Assembly: GCF_000145295.1 (NCBI RefSeq)
Contig: NC_014408.1
Span: forward strand, 1,320,001-1,352,000
Direction: 5' to 3'
DNA length: 32,000 bases
Source of the DNA: Methanothermobacter marburgensis str. Marburg
Lineage (GTDB): Archaea; Methanobacteriota; Methanobacteria; Methanobacteriales; Methanothermobacteraceae
Below, piece by piece: positions 1-10,464 of this stretch. The position numbers were made by a program, and so were the translations under genes. The notes under the pieces were generated by a model. That model had not been told where the DNA came from. It worked only from the letters and a program-made list of their open reading frames with translations, and did not search any database. Each line of letters opens with the position of its first letter. Position 1 is the stretch's first letter.

Positions 1-1524
1 ATAGAGTATCTGGATGCAGAGGAAGAGGAAAACGCCTACATAGCAATGAGTCCAGAGGACCTCACAGATGAACACACCCACCTTGAGATAGACCCCTCCA
101 CCATGCTGGGGATATGTGCAGGTATCATTCCATTCGCAAACCACAACTCATCACCAAGGAACACCATGGAGGCAGGGATGACAAAGCAGGCCCTTGGTCT
201 CTATGCATCCAACTATGACCTCAGGACAGATACGCGTGCACACCTCCTCCACCACCCCCAGGTCCCCATAGTGAAGACAAGGATAATAGATGTGACCGGC
301 TACGATGAGAGGCCATCAGGCCAGAACTTCGTTGTGGCCGTAATGTCCTATGAGGGCTACAACATGGAGGACGCGCTGATACTCAACAAGGCATCCCTTG
401 AGAGGGGACTTGCAAGGTCATCATTCTTCAGATCCTACGAAGCCGCAGAGCGAAGATACCCCGGTGGTCAGGAGGACCGCTTCGAGATACCTGAGAAGGG
501 GGTCAGGGGCTACAGGTCAGAGAGCGACTACAGGCACCTTGACGAGGACGGTATAATAAACCCTGAGGCAGTTGTATCATCAGGTGACGTCCTCATAGGT
601 AAAACATCACCACCAAGGTTCCTGGAGGAAATCGATGAATTTGGAACAGTGGCGGAGCGTAGAAGAGAAACCTCAGTAACAGTGCGGCACGGGGAGAAGG
701 GTATAGTTGACGCTGTTCTCCTAACAGAAACCGTTGAGGGCAGCAGACTCGCCAAGATAAGGGTGCGGGAACAGAGACAGCCAGAGCTCGGTGACAAATT
801 CGCATCAAGGCACGGTCAGAAGGGTGTTGTGGGCCTCATAGTATCACAGGAGGACATGCCCTTCACAGAGGACGGTGTTGTGCCCGACCTCATAGTAAAC
901 CCCCACGCCATACCATCAAGGATGTCGGTTGGGCAGGTCCTTGAGATGCTTGCAGGTAAGGCCGCATGCATGGAGGGCCGCCGGGTGGACGGAACACCAT
1001 TCACCGGAGAGGACGAGAGGGACATAAAGAAGGCCCTCAGGGCCAATGGATTTGAAAGTGCGGGTGTGGAATCACTCTACAACGGAATAACCGGTGAAAG
1101 GATAGAAGCTGAGATATTCATAGGAGTGGCCTATTACCAGAAACTCCACCACATGACAACAGACAAGGTATACGCAAGATCAAGGGGTCCTGTGCAGGTC
1201 CTCACAAGACAGCCAACCGAGGGAAGGGCCAGGGAAGGAGGTCTCAGATTCGGTGAAATGGAAAGAGACTGTCTGATTGCCCATGGAGCAGCGCTCGCAC
1301 TGAAGGAAAGGCTTCTTGATGAATCAGATAAATACGAGGCACTGGTATGTACCGAGTGCGGTATGATAGCAATATACGACAAGATAAGGGATAAGAAGTA
1401 CTGTCCAATATGTGAGGACTCAGAGTCATTCCCTGTGGAGATATCATACGCCTTCAAATTACTCCTTGATGAACTTAAGAGTCTATGCATCTTCCCGAAA
1501 CTCATACTGGAAGATAAGGCATGA
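1..1524 (+). CDS. rpoB1: DNA-directed RNA polymerase subunit B' (C-terminal half of the split B subunit), 5' end outside window
   Basis: Frame 1 is open from base 1 ([15 protein letters not shown] precedes the first in-window Met at 46). Conserved beta-type motifs [17 protein letters not shown] and GEMERDC are present, plus a C-terminal Cys4 ribbon CTECG...CPIC. It sits directly upstream of rpoA'. Confidence 0.95.
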   Translation: MEYLDAEEEENAYIAMSPEDLTDEHTHLEIDPSTMLGICAGIIPFANHNSSPRNTMEAGMTKQALGLYASNYDLRTDTRAHLLHHPQVPIVKTRIIDVTGYDERPSGQNFVVAVMSYEGYNMEDALILNKASLERGLARSSFFRSYEAAERRYPGGQEDRFEIPEKGVRGYRSESDYRHLDEDGIINPEAVVSSGDVLIGKTSPPRFLEEIDEFGTVAERRRETSVTVRHGEKGIVDAVLLTETVEGSRLAKIRVREQRQPELGDKFASRHGQKGVVGLIVSQEDMPFTEDGVVPDLIVNPHAIPSRMSVGQVLEMLAGKAACMEGRRVDGTPFTGEDERDIKKALRANGFESAGVESLYNGITGERIEAEIFIGVAYYQKLHHMTTDKVYARSRGPVQVLTRQPTEGRAREGGLRFGEMERDCLIAHGAALALKERLLDESDKYEALVCTECGMIAIYDKIRDKKYCPICEDSESFPVEISYAFKLLLDELKSLCIFPKLILEDKA

Positions 1525-1562
1525 TTACGGATTTGAGGGAATAAATCAAAGGAGAGAATACC

Positions 1563-4500
1563 TTGAGAGGAATTTTAAAGAAAATTTCCCGGATAAATTT
1601 TGGTCTCATGTCCCCTGAGGATATAAGGAAGATGTCCGTTACCCAGGTGGTGACACCGGACACCTATGATGAGGACGGGTACCCCATCGAGAACGGGCTC
1701 ATGGACCCGAGGCTTGGTGTCATAGACCCGAGCCTCAGGTGCAGGACATGCGGGGCCAAGGGCGGTGAGTGCCCCGGACACTTTGGAAGCATAAACCTTG
1801 CAAGACCCGTTATACACGTGGGATTCGCGGATACAATACACAAGATCCTCAGGTCAATCTGCTGGAAATGCGGCAGGGTCCTGCTCACAGAGGTGGAGAT
1901 TGAAGAGTACAGACAGCGGATACTCGAGGCGATGGAGAAGGAGGAGAGCCTCACACCCATAATAAAGGAGATATACGCAGAGGCCAGACGTGAGGAGTGC
2001 CCCCATTGTGAAGAGGAACAAGGCGATATAAAACTCGATAAACCAGTCTCCATTGTTGAAAATGACTATAAACTTAAAAGCGGAGACATAAAAAAACTGC
2101 TAGAAGAAATAAACAAAAAGCAAATCGGCAAAGCAAAAGAACTCCTAGAAAAAGAAGAATATAACCTAACAAAACAAGAAATCGAAAAAATACTAAAAAA
2201 AATAGAAGAATCAGCAAAATGCTACTGTATAAAACTAGACCAAGAATATTATTGCCTAACAAAACAAGAAATCGAAAAAATACTAGAACTAGACCAAGAT
2301 TCTATCAATAACATCATAAACATCCTCAACAAATTATCCGCCAAAAAAACCAAAGAACTCCTAGAAAAAATAAACAAAACAGATACCCTCAAAGTAAAAG
2401 AAATAATGGAAAAATATAACCTAACAAAACAAGAAATCGAAAAAATACTAGAACTAGACCAAGATTCTATCAATAACATCATAAACATCCTCAACAAATT
2501 CGGCGAAAAAACCAAAGAACTCCTAGAAAAAATAAAAGAAATAATGGAAAAATATAACCTAACAAAAGCAGAAATCGAAAAAATACTAAAAAAAATAGAA
2601 GAATTAGCAAAATGCTACTGTATAAAATTCCCTGACAAAAACGACAAAAATTTAATTGATAATATCAGGAATCTCCTTAATAAAAAAGAGAAATTGTCCA
2701 TCGAAAAAACCAAAGACCTCGTGGGAAAAATAGAGAATATTTTGCGGAGTGTAATGGTTCCAGAAGTAAGGGAACTAGTTGAAAACAAATGTGACCTAAC
2801 TCAAAAAGAAATCGACAAAATACTGGAAAAAATAGAAGAGTACACCAAAACCTCCGACAAATTCTGCCGTATTAATATAAGAGATGTTAGAAGGGTTCTT
2901 GACAGAATAGATTACAAGCTAACACCCAGCGAGGTGAGGGACAGGCTTGAGAGGATAACCGACGACGACGCCCTCATCCTTGGAGTCAACCCTGAGGTTG
3001 CAAGGCCCGAATGGATGGTCCTCACAGTCCTGCCTGTTCCCCCGGTAACTGTACGGCCATCGATAACACTTGAAACCGGTGAAAGATCAGAGGACGACCT
3101 GACCCACAAACTCGTGGACATCCTCAGGATAAACCAGCGCCTCAAGGAGAACATGGAGGCAGGGGCCCCCCAGCTAATCGTAGAGGACCTCTGGGAACTC
3201 CTCCAGTACCACGTGACAACCTACTTCGACAACGAGGCCTCAGGTGTCCCACCTGCAAGACACCGCTCCGGTAGACCCCTTAAGACACTTGCCCAGAGGC
3301 TCAAGGGTAAGGAGGGGCGGTTCAGGAGCAACCTCTCAGGTAAGAGGGTTAACTTCTCTGCCCGTACCGTCATCTCACCGGACCCCAACATAAGCATAAA
3401 CGAGGTGGGAGTCCCTGAGATCATAGCCAGGGAGGTCACAGTACCAGTCTACGTTGCAGAATGGAACATAGACCGCATGAGGGAGTACATAGAAAATGGG
3501 CCCGACGTACACCCAGGAGCCAACTACGTCATAAGGCCAGACGGCCGCAAGATAAGGATCTACAATGAGACCAAGGATGTTGTCCTTGAGAACCTGAAAC
3601 CAGGCTACATCGTTGAAAGGCACCTCAAGGATGGTGACATAGTCCTGTTCAACCGTCAGCCATCACTCCACAGGATGTCCATGATGGCCCATGAGGTCCG
3701 CGTCCTCCCCTACAAGACCTTCCGTCTGAACCTCTGCGTCTGCCCCCCATACAACGCGGACTTCGACGGGGACGAGATGAACATGCACGTATTCCAGACC
3801 GAGGAGTCAAGGGCGGAGGCCAAGACACTCATGCGTGTGCAGGAACACATACTCTCCCCAAGGTTCGGGGGTCCCATCATCGGCGGGATACACGACCACA
3901 TATCAGGTGCCTATCTCCTTACAAGGAAGAGGGCTGTGTTCAGTGAGGATAAGGTGTTCCAGATCCTCAAGAAGGCGGGGCTGCCTCTACCTGACAGGAG
4001 GGGTCGTGACTGGACAGGTAAGGAGATATTCAGCATGGTCCTCCCTGATGACCTCAACATGGTATACCGGGCCGAGATATGCAGGAAATGTGAGGAATGC
4101 CTTGAGATGGACTGTGAAAACGATGCCTATGTGGTCATAGAGAACGGGGAGCTCATATCAGGCGTTATTGATGAGAAGGCCTACGGTGCATTCGCCGGTA
4201 AGATACTTGACCACATCGTCAAGGAATACGGTACCGATGCTGCCAGAAAATTCCTTGACTCCGCAACAAAACTTGCCATTGCAGGTATAATGCATGCGGG
4301 TTTCACCACAAGTACCAACGATGAGGAAATCCCTGAGGAGGCCCGTGAAAGGATAGAGGCCCACCTGCGGAACGCTGAGGCCCGGGTTGACCAGCTGATT
4401 GAGGCCTACGAGAACGGAGAACTCGAACCACTCCCTGGTAGAAGCCTTGAGGAGACCCTCGAGATGAAGATAATGCAGGTTCTGGGTGAGGCCAGGGACA

Positions 4501-5021
4501 AATCAGGGGAGATAGCAGAGAGTTACTTTGACATGGATGAAAACCACGCAGTAATAATGGCACTCACAGGTGCAAGGGGGTCAATGCTCAACCTCACACA
4601 GATAACAGCCTGTGTGGGGCAGCAGTCAGTCAGGGGTGGACGAATAAGCAGGGGATACGATAACAGGACACTTCCCCACTTCAAGAGGGGTGAACTCGGT
4701 GCCAAGTCCCGCGGATTCGTACACTCAAGTTACAAGGAGGGCCTCGACCCCATAGAATTCTTCTTCCACGCCATGGGGGGAAGAGAGGGGCTTGTGGATA
4801 CAGCTATACGTACAGCCCAGAGCGGTTACATGCAGAGGCGTCTTGTCAACGCCCTCCAGGACCTCACAGTCAACGAGGACGGAAAGGTCGTTGACAACAG
4901 GGGAGTTATAATACAGACAAGATTCGGTGAGGACGGCGTTGACCCTGCCAAGAGCGACTACGGAAAGATCGTGGACCTCGATAAACTCGTAGAGGAAATA
5001 AGGCTCAAATCAAAGGGGTAA
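1563..5021 (+). CDS. rpoA1: DNA-directed RNA polymerase subunit A' (Rpo1N), 1152 aa, carrying a 282-codon insertion
   Basis: TTG start preceded by AAAGGAGAG. Zinc site CRTCGAKGGECPGHFG, second Cys pair set CWKCG...CPHCEEE, catalytic NADFDGDEMN, and RPEWMVLTVLPVPP are all present. Gene order is rpoB'-rpoA'-rpoA''. Confidence 0.95.
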   Translation: MRGILKKISRINFGLMSPEDIRKMSVTQVVTPDTYDEDGYPIENGLMDPRLGVIDPSLRCRTCGAKGGECPGHFGSINLARPVIHVGFADTIHKILRSICWKCGRVLLTEVEIEEYRQRILEAMEKEESLTPIIKEIYAEARREECPHCEEEQGDIKLDKPVSIVENDYKLKSGDIKKLLEEINKKQIGKAKELLEKEEYNLTKQEIEKILKKIEESAKCYCIKLDQEYYCLTKQEIEKILELDQDSINNIINILNKLSAKKTKELLEKINKTDTLKVKEIMEKYNLTKQEIEKILELDQDSINNIINILNKFGEKTKELLEKIKEIMEKYNLTKAEIEKILKKIEELAKCYCIKFPDKNDKNLIDNIRNLLNKKEKLSIEKTKDLVGKIENILRSVMVPEVRELVENKCDLTQKEIDKILEKIEEYTKTSDKFCRINIRDVRRVLDRIDYKLTPSEVRDRLERITDDDALILGVNPEVARPEWMVLTVLPVPPVTVRPSITLETGERSEDDLTHKLVDILRINQRLKENMEAGAPQLIVEDLWELLQYHVTTYFDNEASGVPPARHRSGRPLKTLAQRLKGKEGRFRSNLSGKRVNFSARTVISPDPNISINEVGVPEIIAREVTVPVYVAEWNIDRMREYIENGPDVHPGANYVIRPDGRKIRIYNETKDVVLENLKPGYIVERHLKDGDIVLFNRQPSLHRMSMMAHEVRVLPYKTFRLNLCVCPPYNADFDGDEMNMHVFQTEESRAEAKTLMRVQEHILSPRFGGPIIGGIHDHISGAYLLTRKRAVFSEDKVFQILKKAGLPLPDRRGRDWTGKEIFSMVLPDDLNMVYRAEICRKCEECLEMDCENDAYVVIENGELISGVIDEKAYGAFAGKILDHIVKEYGTDAARKFLDSATKLAIAGIMHAGFTTSTNDEEIPEEARERIEAHLRNAEARVDQLIEAYENGELEPLPGRSLEETLEMKIMQVLGEARDKSGEIAESYFDMDENHAVIMALTGARGSMLNLTQITACVGQQSVRGGRISRGYDNRTLPHFKRGELGAKSRGFVHSSYKEGLDPIEFFFHAMGGREGLVDTAIRTAQSGYMQRRLVNALQDLTVNEDGKVVDNRGVIIQTRFGEDGVDPAKSDYGKIVDLDKLVEEIRLKSKG
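2163..2234 (+). repeat. Intragenic direct repeat X, copy 1 (NLTKQEIEKILKKIEESAKCYCIK)
   Basis: Matches 2556-2627 at 69 of 72 nt by eye. The offset is 393 nt (131 codons). Confidence 0.9.
2255..2335 (+). repeat. Intragenic direct repeat Y, copy 1 (LTKQEIEKILELDQDSINNIINILNK)
   Basis: 81 nt identical base for base to 2420-2500. The offset is 165 nt (55 codons). Confidence 0.95.
2420..2500 (+). repeat. Intragenic direct repeat Y, copy 2
   Basis: Perfect copy of 2255-2335. Similarity continues with a one-codon indel to 2536 (ACCAAAGAACTCCTAGAAAAAATAAA at 2349-2374 and 2511-2536). Confidence 0.95.
2556..2627 (+). repeat. Intragenic direct repeat X, copy 2 (NLTKAEIEKILKKIEELAKCYCIK)
   Basis: 69/72 nt match to 2163-2234. 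Confidence 0.9.
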
Positions 5022-6386
<1,365 letters not shown>

Positions 6387-6396
6387 GAGGCAGTAG

Positions 6397-6693
6397 ATGG
6401 ACATAGATAGAGGAATACGAGTCGCTGTAGATACTGGTAATGTTATCCTTGGATCAAAGAGGACAATTCAGGGCCTCAAACTGGGTAAGGGTAAGCTGGT
6501 GGTAATGGCCAGTAACATTCCAGAGGACCTCAGAGAGGACATAGAATACTATGCAGAGCTATCAGATATTCCGGTTTACACCCATGAGGGCACCAGCGTT
6601 GAACTGGGATCTGTCTGCGGTAAACCCTTCACAGTGGGGGCGCTCTTAATCCAGGATCCGGGTGATTCAACAATACTGGAAATGGTGGGGTAG
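6397..6693 (+). CDS. rpl30e: 50S ribosomal protein L30e
   Basis: 98 aa with a TAGGAGG Shine-Dalgarno. Sequence is typical of L30e ([22 protein letters not shown]...) and it occupies the conserved position after rpoA''. Confidence 0.9.
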   Translation: MDIDRGIRVAVDTGNVILGSKRTIQGLKLGKGKLVVMASNIPEDLREDIEYYAELSDIPVYTHEGTSVELGSVCGKPFTVGALLIQDPGDSTILEMVG

Positions 6694-6699
6694 GTTGCT

Positions 6700-7131
6700 G
6701 TGACCATCAAATTTACCACAAACGAGATAAGATACATTGCACTCTTTGAGAGCATGACCGGTGCAATGGTGAAGGACTGCATTGTGGATGACGAAAACGG
6801 CAAGGTAACATTCCTTGTGAAAAAGGGTGATATGGGCCTTGCCATCGGTAAAAAGGGAAGTACAGTGGCCAAGGTTCAGAAGGCGCTCGACAAGGGTGTT
6901 GAGGTAATCGAACACTCCAGTGACCCCGTGGAGTTCATAAAGAACCTCATGGCGCCCGCCAAGATAAGGAGCATCAGGATACTCCAGAAGGAAAACGGTG
7001 AAAAGATAGCCACAGTGGAAACCGATCCAAAGAATAAGAGAATCGCCATTGGACGCGGCGGACAGAACATTGAGAGGGCCAGGTTACTGGCCAGAAGACA
7101 GCACAACATAAGCAATATTATAATAAAATAA
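6700..7131 (+). CDS. nusA: Archaeal NusA-like transcription termination/antitermination protein (two KH domains)
   Basis: GTG start. Two GxxG KH motifs are present (AIGKKGSTVAKV, AIGRGGQNIERA). It lies in the conserved position between L30e and S12. Confidence 0.9.
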   Translation: MTIKFTTNEIRYIALFESMTGAMVKDCIVDDENGKVTFLVKKGDMGLAIGKKGSTVAKVQKALDKGVEVIEHSSDPVEFIKNLMAPAKIRSIRILQKENGEKIATVETDPKNKRIAIGRGGQNIERARLLARRQHNISNIIIK

Positions 7132-7152
7132 ATCTTATAGGAGGAATCTTAT

Positions 7153-7578
7153 TTGCCAGGATTATTCGCAGCAAAAAAACTCAAAAGCAAGAGGCAGAAA
7201 TTCAGATGGAAGGACACCCACTACAAGAGGAGATCACTCCGCCTTGATGTTAAGGCCGACCCACTTGAAGGCGCACCCCAGGCAAGGGGTATAGTGATTG
7301 AGAAGGTGGGTATAGAGGCAAAACAGCCAAACTCAGCAATAAGAAAATGTGTGAGGGTCCAGTTAATCAAAAACGGTAAACAGATCACAGCCTTCGCACC
7401 TGGAGACGGCGCTATTGGTTTTATTGATGAACACGATGAGGTCGTTGTTGAGGGTATTGGTGGACCATCAGGAAGGTCCATGGGTGATATTCCCGGTGTC
7501 AGGTGGAAGGTTACAAAGGTCAACAATGTTTCCCTGCAGGAAATGGTTAAAGGGAAAATAGAAAAACCTGTGAGGTAA
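7153..7578 (+). CDS. rps12: 30S ribosomal protein S12
   Basis: TTG start after TAGGAGGAATC. The [15 protein letters not shown] motif is present. Confidence 0.93.
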   Translation: MPGLFAAKKLKSKRQKFRWKDTHYKRRSLRLDVKADPLEGAPQARGIVIEKVGIEAKQPNSAIRKCVRVQLIKNGKQITAFAPGDGAIGFIDEHDEVVVEGIGGPSGRSMGDIPGVRWKVTKVNNVSLQEMVKGKIEKPVR

Positions 7579-7583
7579 TCCTT

Positions 7584-8144
7584 ATGAGTTTAGTTTTTGA
7601 TAAATGGGAACTTGAGGAAGTCAAGGTTGAGGATATGGGCCTTGCAAAGTACATATGCCTTGACAGTATCCTGGTTCCCCATACAATGGGAAGACACGTT
7701 AAGAGGCAGTTTGCAAAATCAAAGGTTTCAATAGTTGAGAGACTGATAAACAAGGTTATGAGGACCGAGAGGAACTCAGGTAAAAAGAACAAGGCCTACA
7801 AGATAGTGAAGGAGGCCTTTGAAATCATAAACCGGAGGACCAAGGAGAACCCGGTCCAGATCCTTGTAAAGGCCGTTGAAAACACCTCCCCACGGGAGGA
7901 GACCACAAGGATCAAGTACGGTGGTATAGGTTACCAGGTTGCGGTTGACATATCCCCACAGAGAAGGGTGGACCTGTCCCTCGGATTCATAACCAAGGGT
8001 GCAATGCAGGCGGCATTCAAGAACAAGAAATCCATAGAGGAGTGCCTGGCAAACGAGATAATGCTGGCTGCAGAGTACGACACCAGAAGCTTCGCAATCC
8101 AGAAGAAGGAAGAGAAAGAAAGGATAGCCAGATCCGCACATTAA
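7584..8144 (+). CDS. rps7: 30S ribosomal protein S7
   Basis: 186 aa with an ATG after GTGAGGTAATCC. It follows S12 as in all str operons and has S7-type sequence ([18 protein letters not shown]). Confidence 0.92.
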   Translation: MSLVFDKWELEEVKVEDMGLAKYICLDSILVPHTMGRHVKRQFAKSKVSIVERLINKVMRTERNSGKKNKAYKIVKEAFEIINRRTKENPVQILVKAVENTSPREETTRIKYGGIGYQVAVDISPQRRVDLSLGFITKGAMQAAFKNKKSIEECLANEIMLAAEYDTRSFAIQKKEEKERIARSAH

Positions 8145-8161
8145 ACTTACAGGTGGTTTTA

Positions 8162-10354
8162 GTGAGCAGACGTGCAAAAATGATTAGCAAGATTAAGGAG
8201 CTCATGTACCAGCCGGAATACATCCGTAACATCGGTATAGTGGCGCACATAGACCATGGTAAAACAACCCTCTCAGACAACCTCCTGGCTGGTGCAGGGA
8301 TGATCTCCGCCGAACTGGCAGGGGATCAGCGTTTCCTTGACTTCGACGAACAGGAACAGGCAAGGGGGATAACCATTGACGCTGCAAACGTTTCAATGGT
8401 CCACTCCTATGACGGAGAAGAATACCTCATCAACCTCATAGACACCCCGGGTCACGTGGACTTCGGGGGTGACGTTACAAGGGCCATGAGGGCTGTGGAC
8501 GGTGCCGTTGTTGTCGTATGCGCAGTTGAGGGTATAATGCCCCAGACAGAAACCGTGCTCAGACAGGCCCTCAAGGAAAACGTTAGACCCGTCCTCTTCA
8601 TCAACAAGGTTGACAGGCTCATAAATGAACTCAAACTGGACGCCAGTGAGCTCCAGGAGAGGTTCATAAAGATCATTGCCAACGCAAACAAACTCATCAA
8701 GAACATGGCCCCTGAGGAATTCAGGGAAAAATGGCAGGTCCGTGTGGAGGATGGAAGCGTTGCCTTCGGTTCAGCATACCACAACTGGGCCATAAACGTC
8801 CCTATAATGCAGGAGACAGGTATAAACTTCAACGACATCTACCAGTACTGTACGGATGACAACCAGAAGGAACTCGCCCAGAAGGTACCCCTCCACCAGG
8901 TGCTCCTGGGAATGGTGGTTGAGCACCTCCCAAGCCCTGCCAAGTCCCAGGCATACAGGGTGCCCATCATATGGTCAGGGGACCTTGAAAGCGAGGAAGG
9001 ACAGGCCATGCTCAAAACAGACCCTGACGGTCCCCTTGCGGTTATGGTTACAGATGTCAGTATAGACAAACATGCAGGGGAAGTTGCAACCGGACGTGTC
9101 TACGGTGGTACAATAGAGAAGGGAAGCGAGGTCTTCCTTGTTGGTTCACACAGCAAGGCACGTGTCCAGCAGGTCGGTGTCTACATGGGACCCGAGAGGG
9201 TCAACACCGACAAGGTTCCTGCAGGTAACATAGTCGCAATAACCGGTGCCAAAAATGCTGTTGCAGGTGAAACCATCTGTGACACAGGAAGGAAGATAAA
9301 GGCCTTCGAGGGCCTCGAGCACATATCAGAACCTGTGGTTACAGTTGCGGTTGAGGCCAAGAATACAAAGGACCTTCCAAAACTCATAGAGGTCCTCAGA
9401 CAGGTTGGTAAGGAGGACCCAACGGTAAGGGTTGAGATCAACGAGGAGACCGGTGAGCACCTCATATCAGGTATGGGTGAACTTCACCTTGAGATCATAG
9501 CCTACAGGATAAACGAGAAGGGTGTTGAGATAGAGACCTCAGAGCCCATAGTGGTGTACAGGGAAACGGTTTCAGGAACCGCAGGCCCGGTTGAGGGTAA
9601 ATCGCCCAACAAGCACAACAGATTCTACATAGAAATTGAACCCGTCGAAGAATCAGTGATGCAGGCGATACAGGAAGGTAAGATAAAAGAGGGCCGCGTC
9701 AAGGGTAAAGAAGCCTCTAAAGACTTCATAGAGGCAGGTATGGACAAAGAAGAGGCCAGAAGGGTCTGGGACGTCTATGAGAAGAACCTCTTCATCAACA
9801 TGACCCGTGGTATCCAGTACCTCGACGAGATAAAGGAACTCCTCCTTGATGGTTTCGAAAGTGCAATGGACAACGGCCCCATCGCCAAGGAAAAGGTTAT
9901 GGGTGTTAAGATAAAGCTCATGGACGCCAAGATCCACGAGGACGCAGTCCACAGGGGTCCGGCCCAGGTTTTACCCGCCATAAGGAAGGGTATATTCGGT
10001 GCCATGATGTCTGCCGAGCCCACAGTGCTTGAACCCATACAGAAGGTGTTCATCAACGTGCCCCAGGACTACATGGGAAGCGCAACCCGTGAAATACAGA
10101 ACAGGCGCGGGCAGATCGTCAACATGACCCAGGAGGGTGACATGGTAACCGTTGAATCCGTGGTGCCTGTGGCAGAGATGTTCGGATTCGCAGGTGATAT
10201 CAGGTCAGCCACCGAGGGAAGATGTCTCTGGTCAACAGAGAACGCTGGATTCGAGAAGCTGCCAAATGAACTGCAGCACGCGATAATAAGGGAAGTGAGG
10301 ACCAGGAAGGGTCTAAGTCCTGAGCCATACAGGGCAGACCACTACCTGGGTTAA
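8162..10354 (+). CDS. fusA: Translation elongation factor 2 (aEF-2)
   Basis: GTG at 8162 after AGGTGG gives a 730-aa protein starting (M)[16 protein letters not shown]-domain motifs [14 protein letters not shown] and NKVDR are present, and the diphthamide-site context is HEDAVHRG. The ORF-track start at 8042 overlaps S7 and was not used. Confidence 0.93.
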   Translation: MSRRAKMISKIKELMYQPEYIRNIGIVAHIDHGKTTLSDNLLAGAGMISAELAGDQRFLDFDEQEQARGITIDAANVSMVHSYDGEEYLINLIDTPGHVDFGGDVTRAMRAVDGAVVVVCAVEGIMPQTETVLRQALKENVRPVLFINKVDRLINELKLDASELQERFIKIIANANKLIKNMAPEEFREKWQVRVEDGSVAFGSAYHNWAINVPIMQETGINFNDIYQYCTDDNQKELAQKVPLHQVLLGMVVEHLPSPAKSQAYRVPIIWSGDLESEEGQAMLKTDPDGPLAVMVTDVSIDKHAGEVATGRVYGGTIEKGSEVFLVGSHSKARVQQVGVYMGPERVNTDKVPAGNIVAITGAKNAVAGETICDTGRKIKAFEGLEHISEPVVTVAVEAKNTKDLPKLIEVLRQVGKEDPTVRVEINEETGEHLISGMGELHLEIIAYRINEKGVEIETSEPIVVYRETVSGTAGPVEGKSPNKHNRFYIEIEPVEESVMQAIQEGKIKEGRVKGKEASKDFIEAGMDKEEARRVWDVYEKNLFINMTRGIQYLDEIKELLLDGFESAMDNGPIAKEKVMGVKIKLMDAKIHEDAVHRGPAQVLPAIRKGIFGAMMSAEPTVLEPIQKVFINVPQDYMGSATREIQNRRGQIVNMTQEGDMVTVESVVPVAEMFGFAGDIRSATEGRCLWSTENAGFEKLPNELQHAIIREVRTRKGLSPEPYRADHYLG

Positions 10355-10361
10355 CCCCATT

Positions 10362-10374
10362 AAACTTATATAAT
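10362..10374 (+). promoter_or_regulatory. Putative archaeal TATA box (AAACTTATATAAT) for tuf-rps10
   Basis: Core TTATATAA at 10366-10373 lies in the 110-nt EF-2/EF-1alpha spacer. It resembles the methanogen box A consensus TTTATATA. Position only; no transcript data. Confidence 0.5.
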
Positions 10375-10464
10375 TAAAAGGAATATAGGAAATTACCTTA
10401 GACAAACAACACGTGTAGGTGTTGAATCTAGATCAGGCTAAATCATCACATATGGAGGTATAAT

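Larger units (their letters stand above)
2064..2909 (+). other. In-frame low-GC, A-rich, repeat-built insertion within rpoA' (846 nt, 282 codons)
   Basis: Conserved A' sequence stops near 2063 and resumes at 2910. DYKL is encoded at both junctions (2064-2075 and 2910-2921). Hand-counted G+C is 18/60 and 13/60 inside, versus 37/60 (1741-1800) and 36/60 (3001-3060) outside. There is no stop codon in frame. Confidence 0.85.

Noticed and set aside
2064-2909. Intein as the explanation for the rpoA' insertion
   Set aside because: Neither junction has intein chemistry. There is no Cys/Ser/Thr nucleophile at the first inserted residue, no His-Asn followed by Cys/Ser/Thr at the C-terminal junction, and no LAGLIDADG or HNH homing-endonuclease blocks. 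The sequence is repetitive and helical-looking, not a Hint fold.
2064-2909. IS element, transposon or intron as the explanation for the rpoA' insertion
   Set aside because: I saw no transposase ORF and no terminal inverted repeats. The junction DYKL duplication differs at all four third-codon positions, so it is not a target-site duplication at the DNA level. The segment is in frame and stop-free, which excision-dependent elements do not need. The minus-strand ORFs at 2074-2262 and 2249-2515 are F/L-rich shadows of the A-rich coding strand.
8042-8161. ORF-track start of EF-2 at 8042 (770 aa)
   Set aside because: It overlaps the last 100 nt of S7 in another frame and adds a non-homologous N-terminus. 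GTG 8162, preceded by AGGTGG, gives the expected [15 protein letters not shown] start and a length of 730 aa.
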